A stretch of 63,259 nucleotides of DNA from positions 1 through 63,259 of the forward strand of contig JACQCE010000084.1 of assembly GCA_016201765.1 (NCBI GenBank), written 5' to 3'. Below the pieces are notes generated by a model. It searched no databases. It was not told where the DNA came from and saw only the letters and a list, made by a program, of their open reading frames with translations. Position numbers and translations under genes: made by a program. Positions 60,778 through 63,259 of the stretch are shown in pieces. The stretch comes from Nitrospirota bacterium (GTDB taxonomy: Bacteria; Nitrospirota; Nitrospiria; JACQCE01). The first letter of the stretch is position 1. Each line of letters begins with the position of its first letter.

Positions 60778-62168
60778 TAGGTGGACAGGGAACGGAACGA
60801 AACGCCCGACGCCTCACCCGCGGGATAGACGGACGGCTCGGACGGCGGAGCGGCTTTCATCCGCGGCGTGATGATCGGCGTCGCCAGGAAGCTGTTCCAC
60901 TGTTCGCAGCGGGGACAGCGGCCCGACCATTCGGTCGTGTGATAATCACAATGAGGACAGTAGTAGGGAACCAGGACCCGTTTCTTCAAATCGAGCGCCT
61001 TTTTGAATTCCTCAACGGCCGCCGGCCGGTCGCCACGGCGCAGATAGAGATTGCCCAACACCTTGTGCAGGTCCGGAAACCGGGTGTTGGACGTGTCGAT
61101 CGCGGCCAGCAACTCCAGCGCCTCATCGATCATTTCCAGCCGGTAATAGAGTTTGCCCAGATAAAACTGGAGCACGGGATTGCCGGGATCGCGCGCCATC
61201 GCCTGCCGGTAGAAATCAATCACCCCGGCCGGATCGCCCGCGTCCAGGAGCAGATCCTCCAGACGGTGCAGCAGCACCAGGCTGGACGTCGTCCAGTAGG
61301 CCTTGCGCCACACCTCAACGGCCTGGTCCGGTTTGCCCTCGCCGATCAGCAGCCGCCCCAGGCCGATATAGGCGGGCACAAAATTCCGATCGAGCTTGAT
61401 CGCGCTCCGAAAATGGCGCCGGGCGGCATCCGGAGAGTCCTGCAGCATCGCCTGCTGGCCGGCTTCGTATTTGATACCCAACAGGCGGGCGCGTTCCTGC
61501 GGCTCCTCCTCGCCGGCCATCTCCTTGAGAAAGCGCTCCTGCAACCCGTGCGCCTCCTCCCACTGGTGCAACTCCATGCACAGATCGCGCAGGCGGATCA
61601 TCGCCGCGCGATTGTCCTTGTCGTGGGCCAACGCCTCACGCAACACCAGCGCCGCTTCATCGTGACGGCGGATCGCCTCCAGGTCATCGACCAGCGCCAG
61701 CACCGCCTCCATGTCCCGGTCGCCCAGGCTCTTCGCCTTCCGGTGCAACCGCAGCGCCTCCTGAAACACCCCCTGGGCCCGTTGCAGCGCGCCCAAACGG
61801 ATCAGGGCGGTCCGATGATTGGGATCCAGCGACAGGATCTTCTCAAACCACCCGATCGCCTCCTTCCGTTTCCCGGAGGCTTCCGCGTTGATCGCCAGAA
61901 CCAGCCATTCCTTCACCCGCTGCTCGGCCCGATGGCGACGCGCCTCCCTCCAGCTCCGGAGCAGGCGGCGGAATTCGCGAATGCCCCCCATCCCCAGCAC
62001 GACCAGACCGCCGAGGACAAACGCGGTCAAACCGAACTGGATTAGCGAGAGTTCGTAGCTGCGCGCGTCCGACAACCGCACCTGGACGCTGCCCGGATTG
62101 AGCCAGTCAAGATAGGCCACGACGCCGAGAAACGTGAAGAGCAACGCAATGCCGAACAGGGTTTTCAT
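60777..62168 (-). CDS. lapB: LapB/YciM-like TPR plus rubredoxin-type zinc protein with a LapA-like (DUF1049) two-TM N-terminus
   Basis: Two N-terminal TMs with the LNPGSVQV...YELSL pattern, about 8 TPRs, and C-terminal CPHCDYHTTEWSGRCPRCEQW. Confidence 0.75.
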   Translation of the reverse strand: MKTLFGIALLFTFLGVVAYLDWLNPGSVQVRLSDARSYELSLIQFGLTAFVLGGLVVLGMGGIREFRRLLRSWREARRHRAEQRVKEWLVLAINAEASGKRKEAIGWFEKILSLDPNHRTALIRLGALQRAQGVFQEALRLHRKAKSLGDRDMEAVLALVDDLEAIRRHDEAALVLREALAHDKDNRAAMIRLRDLCMELHQWEEAHGLQERFLKEMAGEEEPQERARLLGIKYEAGQQAMLQDSPDAARRHFRSAIKLDRNFVPAYIGLGRLLIGEGKPDQAVEVWRKAYWTTSSLVLLHRLEDLLLDAGDPAGVIDFYRQAMARDPGNPVLQFYLGKLYYRLEMIDEALELLAAIDTSNTRFPDLHKVLGNLYLRRGDRPAAVEEFKKALDLKKRVLVPYYCPHCDYHTTEWSGRCPRCEQWNSFLATPIITPRMKAAPPSEPSVYPAGEASGVSFRSLST

Positions 62169-62503
62169 TTCTCACCCGCCCCGGTCGAGGGACCGCCCAA
62201 TGGCTTAACAGACCGCCGGCGGCCGGCAGGGGGCTGGGTCGGCGGCTTGAGCGTCAACCGGTCGAGCTGCGCGCCCGTCACCTTCACCTTCTTCGCATCC
62301 CCCCAGAGCTGGTCCAAGCCGTAGAACTCCCGCATCTCGGTCTGGAAGATATGGACGATGACGTCGGTATAGTCCATGAGAATCCAGTTGGCATGCCCCG
62401 CGCCCTCCACGCTCAACGGGGCGCAACCGGCCTCGGCCAGCGTCTTGTCGACCGCCTCGGCCACGGCCTGCACCTGCCGGTGGGACGCCCCCGAACAGAG
62501 CAC
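62165..62503 (-). CDS. rsfS: ribosomal silencing factor RsfS, N-terminally truncated
   Basis: LCSGASHRQVQAVAEAV...WILMDYTDVIVHIFQTEMREFYGLDQLWG is the RsfS core. The in-frame upstream sequence reads TAG-NVSALTSLAEYFV, so the first roughly 20-25 residues of the family are absent. Confidence 0.65.
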   Translation of the reverse strand: MLCSGASHRQVQAVAEAVDKTLAEAGCAPLSVEGAGHANWILMDYTDVIVHIFQTEMREFYGLDQLWGDAKKVKVTGAQLDRLTLKPPTQPPAGRRRSVKPLGGPSTGAGEK

Positions 62504-62539
62504 GAAGTACTCGGCGAGGCTGGTCAGGGCGGAAACGTT

Positions 62540-63077
62540 CTATGAAGCCACCGACTCAGGCAAGAGCGCCTCCACCGGGCGCCCGGCGTGAATCGCCTCC
62601 CGGATCGCCGTGGAGGAGACCGGACAGGGCGGCAGGTGGACGAGCCAGATTCTCCCTCCGGCCGACAGCGATATCCGCTCCTGCGTCAACTCCCCCCGAT
62701 CCAGCGCCTCCAACCGTCCCACCTCCTCCTGAGCCAGCAACGGCAACTGGTGAAGCGAGAGAAACGACCGGTTGGGCCGGGAGATGACGATAAATTCGCA
62801 GAGTGAAATCAGCCGCCGATAGTCGCGCCAGCTAAGAATGTCGGCAAACGCATCGGCCCCGACCAGGAAAAAGAGCGCGTCCTCCGGGTGCTCATGACGC
62901 AACGCCGCGACCGTGGCGATCCGCCGCCGGCGCCAGCGCCGAGGCCTTGAACGGCGGAGTGCCCGCGGGAATGAAGATGATTCGATCCAGCGCCATGAGC
63001 TGCCGGACCTGGTCGGCCACGGTCAGATGGCAGGTGTGAATGGGGTTAAACGTCCCGCCGAAGAGGCCGATGTTCAT
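62540..63077 (-). pseudogene. nadD: nicotinate-nucleotide adenylyltransferase NadD, disrupted by an internal deletion or frameshift
   Basis: N-terminal fragment MNIGLFGGTFNPIHTCHL...IPAGTPPFK...AADR is in one frame (63077-62892). The remainder IATVAALRHEHPEDALFFLVGADAF...SSTAIREAI is in another (62902-62540). The segment between the two (about 25-30 aa in family members) is missing. Confidence 0.65.
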
Positions 63078-63081
63078 GAGG

Positions 63082-63259
63082 GCAGTAGCCAGTAGACGGT
63101 AGGCAGTAGACAGGAAATATAAAGCAGTAGGCAGGAATCAGTAGGCGGTAGCCAGGGAACAACTTCATTTGCCATATTTAATCTCTTCCTGTCTACCGTC
63201 TACTGCCTACTCTCTCTGCTATCCCCTGACCCTTTACTCCCTCACTTGCCCCTCACCCA
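63082..63259. repeat. heptanucleotide-periodic repeat region forming an imperfect inverted repeat
   Basis: Left arm: GCAGTAG CCAGTAG ACGGTAG GCAGTAG ... GCAGTAG GCAGGAA TCAGTAG GCGGTAG. Right arm: TCTACCG TCTACTG CCTACTC TCTCTGC ... The two arms surround an AT-rich core. Confidence 0.75.

Overview
This is a high-G+C (about 65% by eye), densely coded chromosomal segment from a diderm bacterium. The phylum cannot be determined from sequence alone. All calls come from reading the sequence and the ORF track; no database search was run.

Main blocks:
- (1) 1-13.2 kb, minus strand: a type II secretion cluster, gspA(exeA)-C-D-E-F-G-H-I-J-L-M. gspK sits after gspM and is separated from it by an opposite-strand lipoprotein gene.
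- (2) 13.7-19.3 kb, minus strand: a second, orphan module. It contains a TPR-secretin with a Pro-rich linker and a C-terminal cohesin-like domain, a GspG-like pseudopilin, a tiny Arg-rich ORF, and a membrane GAF-GGDEF cyclase.
- (3) Housekeeping genes: epimerase, tlyA, xseBA, an MsbA-like ABC exporter, rny-ymdB, a zapA operon, rlmN, M16 peptidases, larE, rlmI, ispB, cspA, lapB, rsfS and nadD.
- (4) 43.4-47.6 kb: an accessory-looking patch. An intact tRNA-Val and a broken promoter-bearing tRNA-Val copy flank a low-GC HEAT/di-haem cytochrome gene. Next comes a 139-bp palindromic repeat element, then a sigma54-like promoter, a c-di-GMP-I (GEMM-I) riboswitch with a terminator, and a REC-GAF-HD-GYP phosphodiesterase gene.
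- (5) An arn-like envelope-modification trio and a Fur-cupredoxin-FTR1 iron operon. The back-to-back fur/ispB promoters are split by a 264-bp MITE-like insertion flanked by 19-bp direct repeats.

Other observations:
- Several consensus sigma70 promoters, terminators, heptanucleotide-periodic repeats and candidate structured RNAs.
- Apparent lesions in nadD, rsfS and a lipoprotein gene.
- No CRISPR array, rRNA gene or transposase/integrase gene was seen.
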